From assembly GCA_029265315.1 (NCBI GenBank), contig JAJUJM010000006.1, positions 43,531 to 107,530 of the forward strand: DNA of 64,000 nt. Direction: 5' to 3'. Every line of letters starts with the position of its first letter. The stretch's first letter is position 1. The notes beneath the pieces are model-generated. The model saw only the letters and a program-made list of their open reading frames with translations, made no database searches and had not been told where the DNA came from. Below, piece after piece: positions 29,535 to 40,809 of this stretch. A program made the position numbers and the translations under genes. Source of the stretch: Actinomycetota bacterium (GTDB lineage Bacteria > Actinomycetota > Coriobacteriia > Anaerosomatales > PHET01).

Positions 29535-32183
29535 ATGCCACTCACGCTGGACAGATTGCTCGCCGACGGATGCGCGACCGACGCCAAGCACAAGCTGTGC
29601 AGGTCTCGGGGCGGTGAATCGTGCGCGTTCGATGGCGCGGCGATAGTGCTCATGCCCATCGCTGACGCGGCGCACGTCGTGCACGGCCCCCTGTCGTGTT
29701 GCGGGATCTCCTACCAGGGCAGGGGCGTGCATTCGACCGCGGGAGACTTCCATCGACGCGGCTTCTCGAGCGCGCTGTCCGAGCTCGACATCGTGTACGG
29801 CGGAGAGCGGCGCTTGGAGACGGTGGTTCGCGAGGTCGTCGAGAGGGAGCACCCCGCTGCGGTGTTCGTGTACGGCACGTGTGTGACCGGGCTCATCGGT
29901 GAGGACCTCGATGCGGTGTGCGCGCGCCTCGCCTCCGAGCTCTGGGTACCGGTCATACCTGTGAACGCCCCCGGTTTCGTCGGTCCCAAGAACCTGGGTA
30001 ACCGAATCGCTGGCGAGGTGCTCCTCGAGCACGTCATCGGCACGGCCGAGCCGCCCGAGACCTCTCCCACGGACATCGTCTTGATCGGCGAGTACAACGT
30101 CGCGGGCGACCTGGACGCCATCGAACCACTGCTCGATGAGTGTGGCATCCGCGTCCTGTCGCACGTGACCGGCAACGCACGTTTCGAAGAGATCCGCTGG
30201 GCACACCGGGCGAAGGCCTGTGCGCTCGTGTGCAGTCGGGCGCTCGTGAACGTTGCGACGGGACTCACGAGGAAGTGGGGTCTTCCGGTCGTGGAGGTGA
30301 GCTTCTTCGGGTCCACCGAGATCGCACGTTCGCTTCGCGCGATCGCCGATGTGCTCGAAGTGGCGACTCCGGAAGCGGCCGGGGTGCGCGACCGCGTCGA
30401 AGCGGTGATCGAGCGGCGCGAGGCGCAGGCCCGCGAGCTGCTCGCGCCCTACACAGAGACGCTGAGCGGACGGAAAGCGGTGTTGTACTCAGGCGGCGTC
30501 AAGAGCTGGTCGATGGCGAGCGCCCTGCGAGATCTCGGTGTCGAGACGGTGGCTGTCGGGACGAAGAAGTCAAGTCACGAGGACGAGGAGAAGGTCCGTG
30601 AGATCCTCGGGGACCACGTGCCACGCCTTGAGGACACGTCGCCTAGGGTGCTGCGCGGTTTCTTCGCCGACGGCAGGGCCGACCTGCTCGTCGCCGGAGG
30701 TCGTAATCGATACCTGGCCGCCAAAGAGGGTTGGCCGTTCATCGACGTCAACCAGGAGCGAGATCATGCCTATGCGGGTTACGAGGGACTGGTCAACATC
30801 GCGCGTGATCTGACCGCGTCCATTCGATACTACGCGGGTGAGGCGCTCTTCGAACCGGGATGTGGCACATCGACACCACGGACCGCAGTGCGCGAAGAGT
30901 CCCGCACCGCCGTGATCGACCCGATCGGCAGCGCGCCGACCCTCGGCGCTGCGCTCGCGTTCCAGGGTGTGCACAAGGCGCTGCCGCTGCTGCATGCCGC
31001 CCAAGGCTGCACCTTCCTCGAGAAGGTGCTGATGATCAGGCACTTCAACGAGCCTGTCGCGTTGGCGACCACGAAGCTGTTCACCGAAGACGTGGTGATG
31101 GGAAGCGAAGAGGCTGCCGAGAAGACGGCTCGTTCGCTGGTCGACAGCGCCGATCCTGAACTGCTTGCGCTCATCACCGGCGGACTGGCGGAGGTGAAGG
31201 GTGACGACATCGAGGCGGTGACACGCACGCTCGGAAGAGAGTTGACGGCCGCTGTGATCGCTGTCCATGCCCCCGACTACGAAGGGGGTCTTGAGACGGG
31301 GTTTCGTGCCGCGGTCGAGGCGCTCGTAGGGCTCGCTGACGACCGGCCCGAGAAGGCCACAGGTGACGCGCGTCGTCTGACGGTGCTCGCAGGGGCCCAT
31401 CTCACGCCCGCCGATGTCCGCTGGGTCGCACGAACCATCGCGTCGTTCGGTCTGGTGCCTGTCATGGTGCCTGACCTCTCCGCGCTCGACGGGTCGCGCG
31501 AAGGGTTCAGCCCGCTCGCGGTGGGCGGCACCTCGCTCGCTCAGATCAAGCTGATCGGGGCCTCAGCTCACACCCTCGTGATAGGCGCTTCGCTCGAACC
31601 GGTCGCTGCGGGTCTGCGTGACCGCTTCGGGACGCCCTACACAGCCCTGGACTCAGTTCACGGTATCGCCGCCACGGACCTTCTGCTGGCGACGCTGTCC
31701 GTGCTGTCGGGTGAGCCTGTCGCGTCTGACTTCGTCCGGGAGCGGCGCATGGCCGTCGATGCCTTACGAGACGCCCACCTCGAGCTCTCGGGTTCGCGAG
31801 TCGCACTGGCGCTCGAGCCCGACCATGCACTCTCCCTCTCGGCGCTTCTGTCCGAGGCGGCGTGTGAGGTCACCGCGATCGTGCCGTGTGCTGCCGAACA
31901 CGCTGCGCGTATCCGCGCACGCGAGGTGGTCGTAGGTGACTTCGCCTCCGTCCCGTCTGAGACGGACCTGCTGTTCGCGTCGACACGTGGCGCCGACACC
32001 GCCGTTCGCTTGGGCGCCGCTTTTGTCCCTACAGGTTTTCCGGTCGCGGAGCGGTACGGCGCCTCGCGGGTGTTGAGCGTTGGCTATGCGGGCAGCGCCC
32101 GCGTCATCGACGAAGCAGCGAACCTGCTCGTCGCCAAAGAACGGTCGCACGACCACATCGAGATGAAAGGAGCGGTCCTATGA
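29535..32183 (+). CDS. nifEN: Fused FeMo-cofactor scaffold NifE-NifN
   Basis: NifE half: CAFDGA, GTCV, GEYNVAGD, GGVKSWS, NQER..YAGYEG. NifN half: LGAALAF, HAAQGC, RHFNEP. Single 882-aa ORF. Confidence 0.92.
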   Translation: MPLTLDRLLADGCATDAKHKLCRSRGGESCAFDGAAIVLMPIADAAHVVHGPLSCCGISYQGRGVHSTAGDFHRRGFSSALSELDIVYGGERRLETVVREVVEREHPAAVFVYGTCVTGLIGEDLDAVCARLASELWVPVIPVNAPGFVGPKNLGNRIAGEVLLEHVIGTAEPPETSPTDIVLIGEYNVAGDLDAIEPLLDECGIRVLSHVTGNARFEEIRWAHRAKACALVCSRALVNVATGLTRKWGLPVVEVSFFGSTEIARSLRAIADVLEVATPEAAGVRDRVEAVIERREAQARELLAPYTETLSGRKAVLYSGGVKSWSMASALRDLGVETVAVGTKKSSHEDEEKVREILGDHVPRLEDTSPRVLRGFFADGRADLLVAGGRNRYLAAKEGWPFIDVNQERDHAYAGYEGLVNIARDLTASIRYYAGEALFEPGCGTSTPRTAVREESRTAVIDPIGSAPTLGAALAFQGVHKALPLLHAAQGCTFLEKVLMIRHFNEPVALATTKLFTEDVVMGSEEAAEKTARSLVDSADPELLALITGGLAEVKGDDIEAVTRTLGRELTAAVIAVHAPDYEGGLETGFRAAVEALVGLADDRPEKATGDARRLTVLAGAHLTPADVRWVARTIASFGLVPVMVPDLSALDGSREGFSPLAVGGTSLAQIKLIGASAHTLVIGASLEPVAAGLRDRFGTPYTALDSVHGIAATDLLLATLSVLSGEPVASDFVRERRMAVDALRDAHLELSGSRVALALEPDHALSLSALLSEAACEVTAIVPCAAEHAARIRAREVVVGDFASVPSETDLLFASTRGADTAVRLGAAFVPTGFPVAERYGASRVLSVGYAGSARVIDEAANLLVAKERSHDHIEMKGAVL

Positions 32184-32647
32184 AGGTCGCATTCGCCACG
32201 ACCGGCGGCACCACGATCGACGAGCACTTCGGTCGCGCCGGCACGTTCGCGATCTACGACATCACCCCGGAGCGCACGGAATTCATCGAGCTCAGGAAGG
32301 TCGCTGAAGGCGATCTGGACCTCGACGTCGTCTCCACCCGCGGCATGGGCGCCCTTCACGACGATGCCGTCTCGGACAAGATCGGCAAGCTCGAAGACGT
32401 CAAGATCGTGTACTTCACCGAGATCGGCGGGCCCTCGGCGGCGAAACTCGTCCGTCGCGGGATCATGCCGCTCAAGGCCGAGCAGTGCACCGACATCCGG
32501 GAGACGGCCGACAAGCTCTCCGAGCAGATGCGGACGAAGCCCGCACCGTGGATGCGCCGTGCTCTTGCGGACGAGCGCTGTTGTGGCCCGGCCGATCCGG
32601 CCGATCCTGAAGGACCGTGCGCCTGTGGTACGGATGGCTGTTGTTAG
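32180..32647 (+). CDS. nifX: NifX-family FeMo-co precursor carrier, Cys-rich tail
   Basis: MKVAFAT, DEHFG, IGGPSAAKLVRRGIMP, APWMRRAL. Confidence 0.88.
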   Translation: MKVAFATTGGTTIDEHFGRAGTFAIYDITPERTEFIELRKVAEGDLDLDVVSTRGMGALHDDAVSDKIGKLEDVKIVYFTEIGGPSAAKLVRRGIMPLKAEQCTDIRETADKLSEQMRTKPAPWMRRALADERCCGPADPADPEGPCACGTDGCC

Positions 32648-32697
32648 TCGAGTCCCGTGAAGAAGAGAGACAGACGATCCCAGAAAGGAAGAGACAG

Positions 32698-33015
32698 ATG
32701 AAGATGGTGCGTGCGTTCATCAGGCCCGAGAAGGAGCAGGAGGTCGTCCAGGCGCTCGAGGGCGCGGGGCATGGCTCGCTCACCAAGATGGCGGTCTTCG
32801 GCCGCGGTAAGCAGAAGGGCCTGCAGGTCGGCCCGATCTACTATGACGAACTGCCCAAGACCATGCTCATGACAGTCGTCGAGGACTCCGATGTCGACAC
32901 GGTGGTCTCGGTCATCGAGGACAAGGCGCGAACCGGGTTCATAGGCGACGGAAAAATCTTCGTCTCGCCGGTCGAGACCGCCTACACCATCCGTACCGGC
33001 GAAGTCGGACTCTAG
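32698..33015 (+). CDS. nifI1: PII-family nitrogenase regulator NifI1
   Basis: MVRAFIRPEK, VFGRGKQKG, YDELPK, RTGFIGDGKIFVSPV, YTIRTGE. Confidence 0.88.
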   Translation: MKMVRAFIRPEKEQEVVQALEGAGHGSLTKMAVFGRGKQKGLQVGPIYYDELPKTMLMTVVEDSDVDTVVSVIEDKARTGFIGDGKIFVSPVETAYTIRTGEVGL

Positions 33016-33025
33016 GGGGCTTGCC

Positions 33026-33454
33026 ATGAAGGAGATCTGCGCGATCATCCGCCGGGACAAGCTGCCTGAGACCAAGACGGCGCTCGCCGAGGCCGGTTAC
33101 CCGTCCCTCACGATCCAGTCGGTCGAGGGGCGCGGCAAGCAGAAGGGCGACGTGGCCTGCACGCTCGCCGACATGGACCAGGACGGGGCCGCCTGCAACT
33201 CCCTGCACGTGAAGCTCAAGCCGACCCCGTCGACGTACGCGCTCGAACACGCGCTGCCCAAGGTGGCTCTGTTCGTGCCGAAACGCATGATCACGATGAT
33301 GGTGCCCGATGATGCCGTTGACACGGTCGTCGCGGCGATCATGAAGGTGAACTCGACCGGCCAGTACGGTGACGGCAGGATCTTCGTCTGCCCGGTCGAT
33401 GCCGGGCTCACCATCCGTACCGGCGAGCGCGACGACGAGATGGCGGTGGTCTGA
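33026..33454 (+). CDS. nifI2: PII-family nitrogenase regulator NifI2
   Basis: MKEICAIIR, GRGKQ, long T-loop, VPKRM, TGQYGDGRIFVCPV, IRTGE. Confidence 0.86.
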   Translation: MKEICAIIRRDKLPETKTALAEAGYPSLTIQSVEGRGKQKGDVACTLADMDQDGAACNSLHVKLKPTPSTYALEHALPKVALFVPKRMITMMVPDDAVDTVVAAIMKVNSTGQYGDGRIFVCPVDAGLTIRTGERDDEMAVV

Positions 33455-33456
33455 AG

Positions 33457-33735
33457 ATGTCTGCGACCCTGCCCACCCGCGACGGCCGGGACTGGTCCCC
33501 GCGCTACCTGGATTCCATCGACTTCGACGCGTGCATCGGCTGCGGTCGCTGCTTCAAGGTGTGCGGTCGGTCGGTCATGGCTCCCATCGAGAAGCCCATC
33601 GACGATGATTTCGATGATGACGAGGAGTGCGTCACGACGGTCATGAGCGTCATCGACGCCGGCGACTGCATCGGCTGTGAGGCCTGCGCGAAGGTCTGTG
33701 CGAAGAAGGCGCACACGCACGTAGCGGCATGTTGA
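33457..33735 (+). CDS. fdxB: nif-specific 2[4Fe-4S] ferredoxin (ferredoxin III/FdxB-like)
   Basis: TRDG..W.P, CIGCGRCFKVC, acidic loop, CIGCEACAKVC. Confidence 0.85.
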   Translation: MSATLPTRDGRDWSPRYLDSIDFDACIGCGRCFKVCGRSVMAPIEKPIDDDFDDDEECVTTVMSVIDAGDCIGCEACAKVCAKKAHTHVAAC

Positions 33736-33786
33736 TCGCGTGAGGTGTGGGCGCCGCGATTCGCGATGCGCCCTGCGGCCTAGAGT

Positions 33787-33828
33787 CCGACGTTTTTGTA
33801 GCAACCCCTACCAACTGGTGGGGGTTGC
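33787..33828. promoter_or_regulatory. Candidate NifA upstream activator sites for nifB, overlapping a hairpin
   Basis: CCGACGTTTTTGTAGC (33787-33802) and CCTACCAACTGGTGGG (33807-33822); inverted repeat GCAACCCC...GGGGTTGC (33801-33828) could also terminate the nifH operon. Confidence 0.5.
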
Positions 33829-33844
33829 TTCTGCTGATGACGGA

Positions 33845-33861
33845 AAAACCGCAGGTCAGAG
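33845..33861 (+). promoter_or_regulatory. 17-bp box shared with the nifH promoter
   Basis: AAAACCGCAGGTCAGAG, starting 29 bp before the TGGCAC box. Confidence 0.7.
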
Positions 33862-33873
33862 GCGGTTCAAGGG

Positions 33874-33888
33874 TGGCACACGCGTTGC
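33874..33888 (+). promoter_or_regulatory. Sigma54 (-24/-12) promoter of nifB-modABC
   Basis: TGGCACA-cgcg-TTGC, consensus match. Confidence 0.85.
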
Positions 33889-33932
33889 CTTTGCTTCAGA
33901 TCACGGGAATGTCTGACGAGAGGAACCAGACG

Positions 33933-34826
33933 ATGCACAGTGCGGCCAGCAACGAGCGCCACATCATGAAGCATCACCCGTGCTTCTCTGAGGAAGCGCA
34001 CCGGGTCGGAGGCAGGATCCACCTGCCGGTGGCGCCCGCTTGCAATGTGCAGTGCGGGTACTGCGTGCGCAGGTTCGACTGCGTCAACGAGTCCCGGCCC
34101 GGCGTGGCGAGCGTGGTGCTCTCGCCTGAAGAGGCCATCGAGCGCGTCGAAGCGGTCATCGAGCGCACGGGCGATATCGCCGCGATCGGCATAGCAGGCC
34201 CCGGCGACCCGCTTGCGAACGACAGCACCTTCGAGACGCTCGACCTGGTTCGGCGCCGGTACCCGGAGCGCATCGGGTGCGTGTCGACCAACGGGCTCGC
34301 GCTGCCTGATCGCATCGCCGACCTCATCGCGGTCGGCGTGCGGTCGATCACGGTGACCATCAATGCCGTCATGCCCGAGACAGCGGCGGAGGTCTACCTG
34401 TGGGTGACGGGTCCTGAGGGGGAGAAGCTGCGTGGCCTGCGAGCGGGTCGTCACATGCTCGAGAGGCAGTGGGACGGGCTTCGACTCGCAACGGCCGCTG
34501 GTCTCGTGGTCAAGGTCAATTCGGTGCTCATCCCGGGGGTCAACGATCTCGAACTGCCGATGATCGCGCACCTTGCGGCGGAGCACGGCGCCCACAAGCA
34601 CAACATCCTGCCGCTCATCCCACAGAACAGGTTCCGCCACCATCCGGTGCCCTCGCCGTCCGAGATCCACGCGGCGCGGGCGGCCTGTGGCGAGTACCTG
34701 TCGCAGATGACGCACTGCAAGCAGTGTCGCGCCGATGCCTGTGGGTTGATCGGCAAGGACCGTGACATGGAGACCGAGACGCTTCTGGCTCGTCTCGGTG
34801 AGGACTACGTGGACGCGGTGTGCTGA
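33933..34826 (+). CDS. nifB: NifB radical SAM protein (SAM domain only, no NifX domain)
   Basis: HPC, RIHLPVAPACNVQCGYC, ESRPG, AGPGD, TIN, CKQCRADA; GAGAGG RBS before ATG 33933. Confidence 0.93.
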   Translation: MHSAASNERHIMKHHPCFSEEAHRVGGRIHLPVAPACNVQCGYCVRRFDCVNESRPGVASVVLSPEEAIERVEAVIERTGDIAAIGIAGPGDPLANDSTFETLDLVRRRYPERIGCVSTNGLALPDRIADLIAVGVRSITVTINAVMPETAAEVYLWVTGPEGEKLRGLRAGRHMLERQWDGLRLATAAGLVVKVNSVLIPGVNDLELPMIAHLAAEHGAHKHNILPLIPQNRFRHHPVPSPSEIHAARAACGEYLSQMTHCKQCRADACGLIGKDRDMETETLLARLGEDYVDAVC

Positions 34827-34855
34827 CGGAACGTTAGCGAAGAGAGGAGCGTGCG

Positions 34856-35680
34856 ATGAAGCGAACGGGAGCCATACCGAGAACGCGACTCAAGGTCAGC
34901 GGGGTGTCTGTCCTGCTGCTCAGCCTGGCGCTGTTGGCGGGTTGCGCGACGACGACGGCGCCGGAATCGACGACGGTCGGTGAGCCCGTCGAGATCACGG
35001 TGTCCGCGGCCACGACGCTCAAGAAGGCGTTTGAGAAGATGGCCGTCGATTTCGAGGCCGAGACCGGGACGAAGGTCAAGTTCAACTTCGGCGCCGCCGG
35101 CGTGCTGCAGAAGCAGATCGAGGGCGGCGCGGTCGTCGACGTGTTCGCGAGCGCGGCCCCGAAGCAGATGAACGAACTCATCGAGGCGGGGCTCGTGTCG
35201 GCGGATGCCACGGCGACGTTCGCGAGCAACAAGCTCGTCGTCTTCACGCGTGCGGGCGAAGAGGTATCGATCGAGGGCGCGAGGGATCTCGTCGCGCTCG
35301 ATCGCATCGCCACAGGCAATCCCGAGTCAACACCCATTGGGACGGCTGCCATGCAGTGGATGCAGAGCGCAGGGCTCGTCGACGACTTCCGCGCACGTGT
35401 CATCTATGGCGAGAACGTGACCCAGGTCATGGAGTACCTGACCCGTGGCGAGGTGGACGCGGTCGTGGTGTTCGCGAGCGAGGCGACCGGACGCGATGAC
35501 GTGCGGATCGCATACACGGTGCCCGATGCGGCAATCCAGCCGATCCGCTACGTCATCGCTCCGGTATTGGCGTCGAAGCACCCTGCTGAGGCGGCGGCCT
35601 TCGTCGACTACGTCCTGTCCGACGCCGGCCGCAAGGCACTCGCCGACGCCGGCTTCGTACTTCTCGATCCGGCCCAATAG
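34856..35680 (+). CDS. modA: Molybdate ABC transporter substrate-binding lipoprotein
   Basis: Lipobox LAGC; VSAA, QIEGGA.DVFASA, P.G.AA, NV.QV. Confidence 0.9.
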   Translation: MKRTGAIPRTRLKVSGVSVLLLSLALLAGCATTTAPESTTVGEPVEITVSAATTLKKAFEKMAVDFEAETGTKVKFNFGAAGVLQKQIEGGAVVDVFASAAPKQMNELIEAGLVSADATATFASNKLVVFTRAGEEVSIEGARDLVALDRIATGNPESTPIGTAAMQWMQSAGLVDDFRARVIYGENVTQVMEYLTRGEVDAVVVFASEATGRDDVRIAYTVPDAAIQPIRYVIAPVLASKHPAEAAAFVDYVLSDAGRKALADAGFVLLDPAQ

Positions 35681-35694
35681 AGGGAGGCGGAAGC

Positions 35695-36375
35695 ATGTTC
35701 GACTTCGGTGAGATAGCGTTTCCCCTCCGCTTGAGCTTCCAGGTGGCGATCTTGGCGACCATTGTCGTCGCCCTTACCGCTGTGCCGCTCGCGTACGCTC
35801 TGTCCACTCGACGTGTGCGTGGCGGACGGCTCATAGAGGCGGCGCTCACACTCCCCATGGTGTTGCCGCCTGTCGTCACCGGCTACTACCTGCTCCTGAT
35901 CATCGGGAGGAACGGTCTGTTCGGTCGCGTCACCGAGGCACTCACCGGTACCGCGGTGGGCCTCAATTTCACCTGGCAGGCGGCGGTGATCGCCGCTGCG
36001 GTCGTTTCGTTTCCGCTGGCGCTCAAGACGGCACGTACCGCGCTCGAGAGCGTCGATCCCGGCTTGGTGCGGATGTCTCACACCCTCGGGCGCAGTGAAG
36101 CCGAGACGGTGCTTTTCGTCGTCGTTCCTCTCGCATGGCGCGGTATCGCTGCTGGACTCGCGCTCGCCTTCGCTCGGGCCCTTGGTGAGTTCGGCGCCAC
36201 GGTGATCGTCGCCGGCAACATGCCGGGGAGCACGAACACGATGGCGCTTGAGATATACAACGCGGTCATGTACGGCGACTGGGGTCTCGCGACGAGCCTC
36301 GTCCTGTTCTTCACGATGATCACGCTTGTGGTGCTCGTCGGAGCCGACCGCTTGGTCAGGGGGGCGGTCCGATGA
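35695..36375 (+). CDS. modB: Molybdate ABC transporter permease
   Basis: LPMVLPPVVTGYYLL, FARALGEFGAT..AGN.PG. Confidence 0.92.
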   Translation: MFDFGEIAFPLRLSFQVAILATIVVALTAVPLAYALSTRRVRGGRLIEAALTLPMVLPPVVTGYYLLLIIGRNGLFGRVTEALTGTAVGLNFTWQAAVIAAAVVSFPLALKTARTALESVDPGLVRMSHTLGRSEAETVLFVVVPLAWRGIAAGLALAFARALGEFGATVIVAGNMPGSTNTMALEIYNAVMYGDWGLATSLVLFFTMITLVVLVGADRLVRGAVR

Positions 36376-37115
36376 GCGAGATCTGTGTCAGGGTGGCACA
36401 TCGTCTGCCCGGATTCGACCTTGACGTGGCATGGCGCTCACCGGGCGGGTTCACGGTGCTGTTCGGGTACTCAGGCGCCGGGAAGTCGCTCACGCTCTCG
36501 GCGCTCACGGGGGTGTTCAGGCCTGATGAGGGCCGCGTGTCGCTGGGAGAGATCGTGTTCTTCGACAGCGTGGCCGGCGTTTTCGTCCCACCGCAGAAGC
36601 GCAGGATCGGTTACGTCCCACAGGGCGGCGAGCTGTTCCCGCACATGACTGTCGCTCGCAATATCGGCTATGCGCTGAAGGGGCACACGAGCGCCGAGCG
36701 CTCCGAGCGGGTGGCCGAGATGCTTGCCGCACTCAAGATAGAACACCTGCGCGACCGTCTGCCCGGCACCCTGTCGGGTGGAGAGCGCCAACGGGCCGCT
36801 CTCGCGCGGGCCTTGGCCCCGAAGCCCCGCGCTCTCGTGCTCGACGAACCGTTCTCCGCTCTCGATCTGCCGGTTCGGGTCGAGATGCGCGAGTTGCTGA
36901 GGACCGTGCAGCGGGAGCTCGACATCCCCGTCGCCATGGTCACACACGACCTGTATGAGGCGTGCGCGCTCGCTGACACACTGGTCGTCTACTCAGGCAC
37001 CGGAACCGTGCAAGTCGGTTCGCCGCGTGAGTTGCTCGCCGATCCGGGGACGCCGGAGATCCGCCGCCTGCTGCGCGCGGTCGACATGCCGCCGCAGGTG
37101 TTCGCGCGTAACTGA
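36372..37115 (+). CDS. modC: Molybdate ABC transporter ATPase (no TOBE domain)
   Basis: GYSGAGKS, PPQKRRIGYV, LFPHM, LSGGERQR, DEPFSALD. Confidence 0.9.
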   Translation: MSEICVRVAHRLPGFDLDVAWRSPGGFTVLFGYSGAGKSLTLSALTGVFRPDEGRVSLGEIVFFDSVAGVFVPPQKRRIGYVPQGGELFPHMTVARNIGYALKGHTSAERSERVAEMLAALKIEHLRDRLPGTLSGGERQRAALARALAPKPRALVLDEPFSALDLPVRVEMRELLRTVQRELDIPVAMVTHDLYEACALADTLVVYSGTGTVQVGSPRELLADPGTPEIRRLLRAVDMPPQVFARN

Positions 37116-37121
37116 GACGGA

Positions 37122-38669
<1,548 letters not shown>

Positions 38670-38763
38670 GTCGTGCAGCGAACCACGCCTCTGTTTCGAG
38701 GGCGTTGCGAACGTGGGGCGATGTCAGCTCTCGACGATCGGCCGAGCGGTCGGCGGACGGCAC

Positions 38764-39879
38764 TCAGAAGCGCCGGACCTCGCGGTAGAGCGTGTCGCGC
38801 TGAACGGGGACGAAACCCGCATCGCGGATGAGGCGCACGAGCTCGTGGCGGGCGAGCATGAAGCGTGTGCCCGCTGCGGCGACCACGTTCTCCTCGATCA
38901 TCGTCGACCCGAGGTCGTTCGCGCCGAAGGCGAGTGCCACCTGCCCGATCTTGGCTCCTTGGGTGACCCAGCTCGCCTGAACGTTGCGAACGTTGTCGAG
39001 GTACAGTCGCGAGACGGCGAGCGTGCGCAGGTAGTCCCACCCGCTCGCGGCCTCGAGCACAGTCCCTCTCGCAGCGTACTCATCTTCGGCGAGGGCGGTG
39101 TTGCCCGGTTGGTAGCTCCAGGGTATGAAGGCCCGGAAGCCCACGTGGCCGGCAGCGACGGCTTCGTCCTGCACCTGCCGGACGCGTCTCAGGTGCTCAA
39201 CGCGCTCCTCAACCGTCTCGAGCCCGCCGAACATCATCGTGGCGGTCGTCGAGATGTCGAGCGCGTGCGCCTCCCGCATCACGTCGAGCCACTGGTCGCT
39301 CGTGGCCTTCTTCGGAGACACGTGGCCGCGCACGCGGTCCACGAGGATCTCGGCGCCGCCGCCCGGAAGCGAGTCAAGACCGGCTGCCCGCAGCCGCTGG
39401 AGCACCTCTTTCGTGGTGAGTCCCGACAGCTTCGCGATGTGGACGATCTCGGGCGGCCCGAAGCCGTGCACGTGGATCGAGGGGTGGTCGGCCTTGATGT
39501 CGCGGAGCATGGTCTCGTACCACTCGATGCCAAGGTCGGGGTGCATGCCGCCCTGAAGCAGGATGGCGGTCCCCTCCAGGTCGATCGTCTCGCGCACCTT
39601 CCGGGTGAGCTCCTCGCGCGTGAGGACGTAGGCCGCCTCGGAATCGGGTGTGGCGAAGAACGCGCAGAAGCGGCACTCGGACACACACACGTTCGTGTAG
39701 TTGACGTTCCGGTCGACGATGAACGTGACCTCGTCTCCGGGAACGAGACGCCGGCGCACGGCGTTGGCTGCGGCAGCGAGTTCGAGAAGGTCGCCTGCGG
39801 ACAAAAGCCGCACGGCGTCCTCGTCAGTGAGCCGTTCCGTTCCGGAAGCGACGGCGGCGAGCAGGTCTGAAGTGCTCAC
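38764..39879 (-). CDS. mqnC: Cyclic dehypoxanthinyl futalosine synthase
   Basis: VDRNVNYTNVC...CRFCAF, LLQGG, PGGGAEIL, AFIPWSYQ, QASWVTQG, GANDLGS.MIEENVV. Confidence 0.92.
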   Translation of the reverse strand: MSTSDLLAAVASGTERLTDEDAVRLLSAGDLLELAAAANAVRRRLVPGDEVTFIVDRNVNYTNVCVSECRFCAFFATPDSEAAYVLTREELTRKVRETIDLEGTAILLQGGMHPDLGIEWYETMLRDIKADHPSIHVHGFGPPEIVHIAKLSGLTTKEVLQRLRAAGLDSLPGGGAEILVDRVRGHVSPKKATSDQWLDVMREAHALDISTTATMMFGGLETVEERVEHLRRVRQVQDEAVAAGHVGFRAFIPWSYQPGNTALAEDEYAARGTVLEAASGWDYLRTLAVSRLYLDNVRNVQASWVTQGAKIGQVALAFGANDLGSTMIEENVVAAAGTRFMLARHELVRLIRDAGFVPVQRDTLYREVRRF

Positions 39880-40712
39880 GCGTCCTCACCGAATACCTTG
39901 AGCGTCGGCACGGCCTCGAGCTGGCCGATGGCGACGGCCTCCTCGTAGAAGCGCAGGAGCCCCTCGCGGTAGCGCGGTTCGAAGCGGAAGTGCAAAGCGT
40001 CGAAGTAGCTGCGGAACTTGTCGGCGGTGAAGTGCTCCCAGCGGGCCGCGTACTCGCTTATCTCGTCGAGGTGGGCCCGGCAGTAGCTCAACGAGTCCGC
40101 GAGTGCGTCAGAGATGTTGCGGACGGTCTCGGGCTCGGTCTCGGCGAAACCGCGCCGGACGGCCCAGACCGCGTAGACCATGGGCAGGCCGGTCCATGCT
40201 GTCCACTCGGCGCCCAGGTCGTAGGCGGTCAGTCCGGGAGTTGGTTCCCAATACTCGCGGAGCGCCTCGTCGCCGATGAGCAGGGCGGCGTCCGCATCGC
40301 GCAGCATCGCGGGCAGGTCAGGCGGCATGCTCACGTATGACGGTTCGACGCCCCATCGCTTCGCGAGCAGTATCCGCGCGAGCACCTGCGAGGTCCGCGA
40401 GTTGGCGGCGAGCGCCACCGTGCGCCCCGTCAGCTGGTCGGCGGGGACGGTGGACACCAGCAGGATCGACTGGACCTCGCCGTCGCTCGTGATCGCGATG
40501 TCGGGGAGCAGGACGAGGTCATCGGCGTGCCTCGCGTACTCGATAGCGGGTATCGGCGCGACCTCAAGCGCGCTGGCGACGATCATCTCCGCGAGGTCGG
40601 CGGGATTGGCGCGTACGAGGTCGACGTCGAGCAGCACGTCCTGCTTGACCATGCCGTAGTACAGCGGCAGGCAGTTGATGAACTGGATGTGGCCCAGGCG
40701 CGGGCGCGACAT
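39876..40712 (-). CDS. mqnA: Chorismate dehydratase
   Basis: RLGHIQFINCLP, G.VQS, SRTS, LLIGDEAL, DLGAEW..WTGLPMVYAVW. Confidence 0.92.
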   Translation of the reverse strand: MSRPRLGHIQFINCLPLYYGMVKQDVLLDVDLVRANPADLAEMIVASALEVAPIPAIEYARHADDLVLLPDIAITSDGEVQSILLVSTVPADQLTGRTVALAANSRTSQVLARILLAKRWGVEPSYVSMPPDLPAMLRDADAALLIGDEALREYWEPTPGLTAYDLGAEWTAWTGLPMVYAVWAVRRGFAETEPETVRNISDALADSLSYCRAHLDEISEYAARWEHFTADKFRSYFDALHFRFEPRYREGLLRFYEEAVAIGQLEAVPTLKVFGEDA

Positions 40713-40809
40713 GTGTCTCTCCTTGTCAGATGCGGCAGCAAGCGGGGGCATGAGGTACCCCCCGGACCCTTGTGCCACTATAGACCCAGTCGACACCAAG
40801 GAGTGGTGC

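Noticed and set aside
27843..30206. Long antisense ORFs (787 aa here; also 38449-39870, 40726-42570, 48390-50066, 59221-60756)
   Set aside because: Expected stop-poor shadow frames in high-GC DNA opposite well-supported genes; no motifs.
29535..32183. nifE-nifN fusion and SAM-only NifB as novelties
   Set aside because: Both architectures are already known in other diazotrophs.
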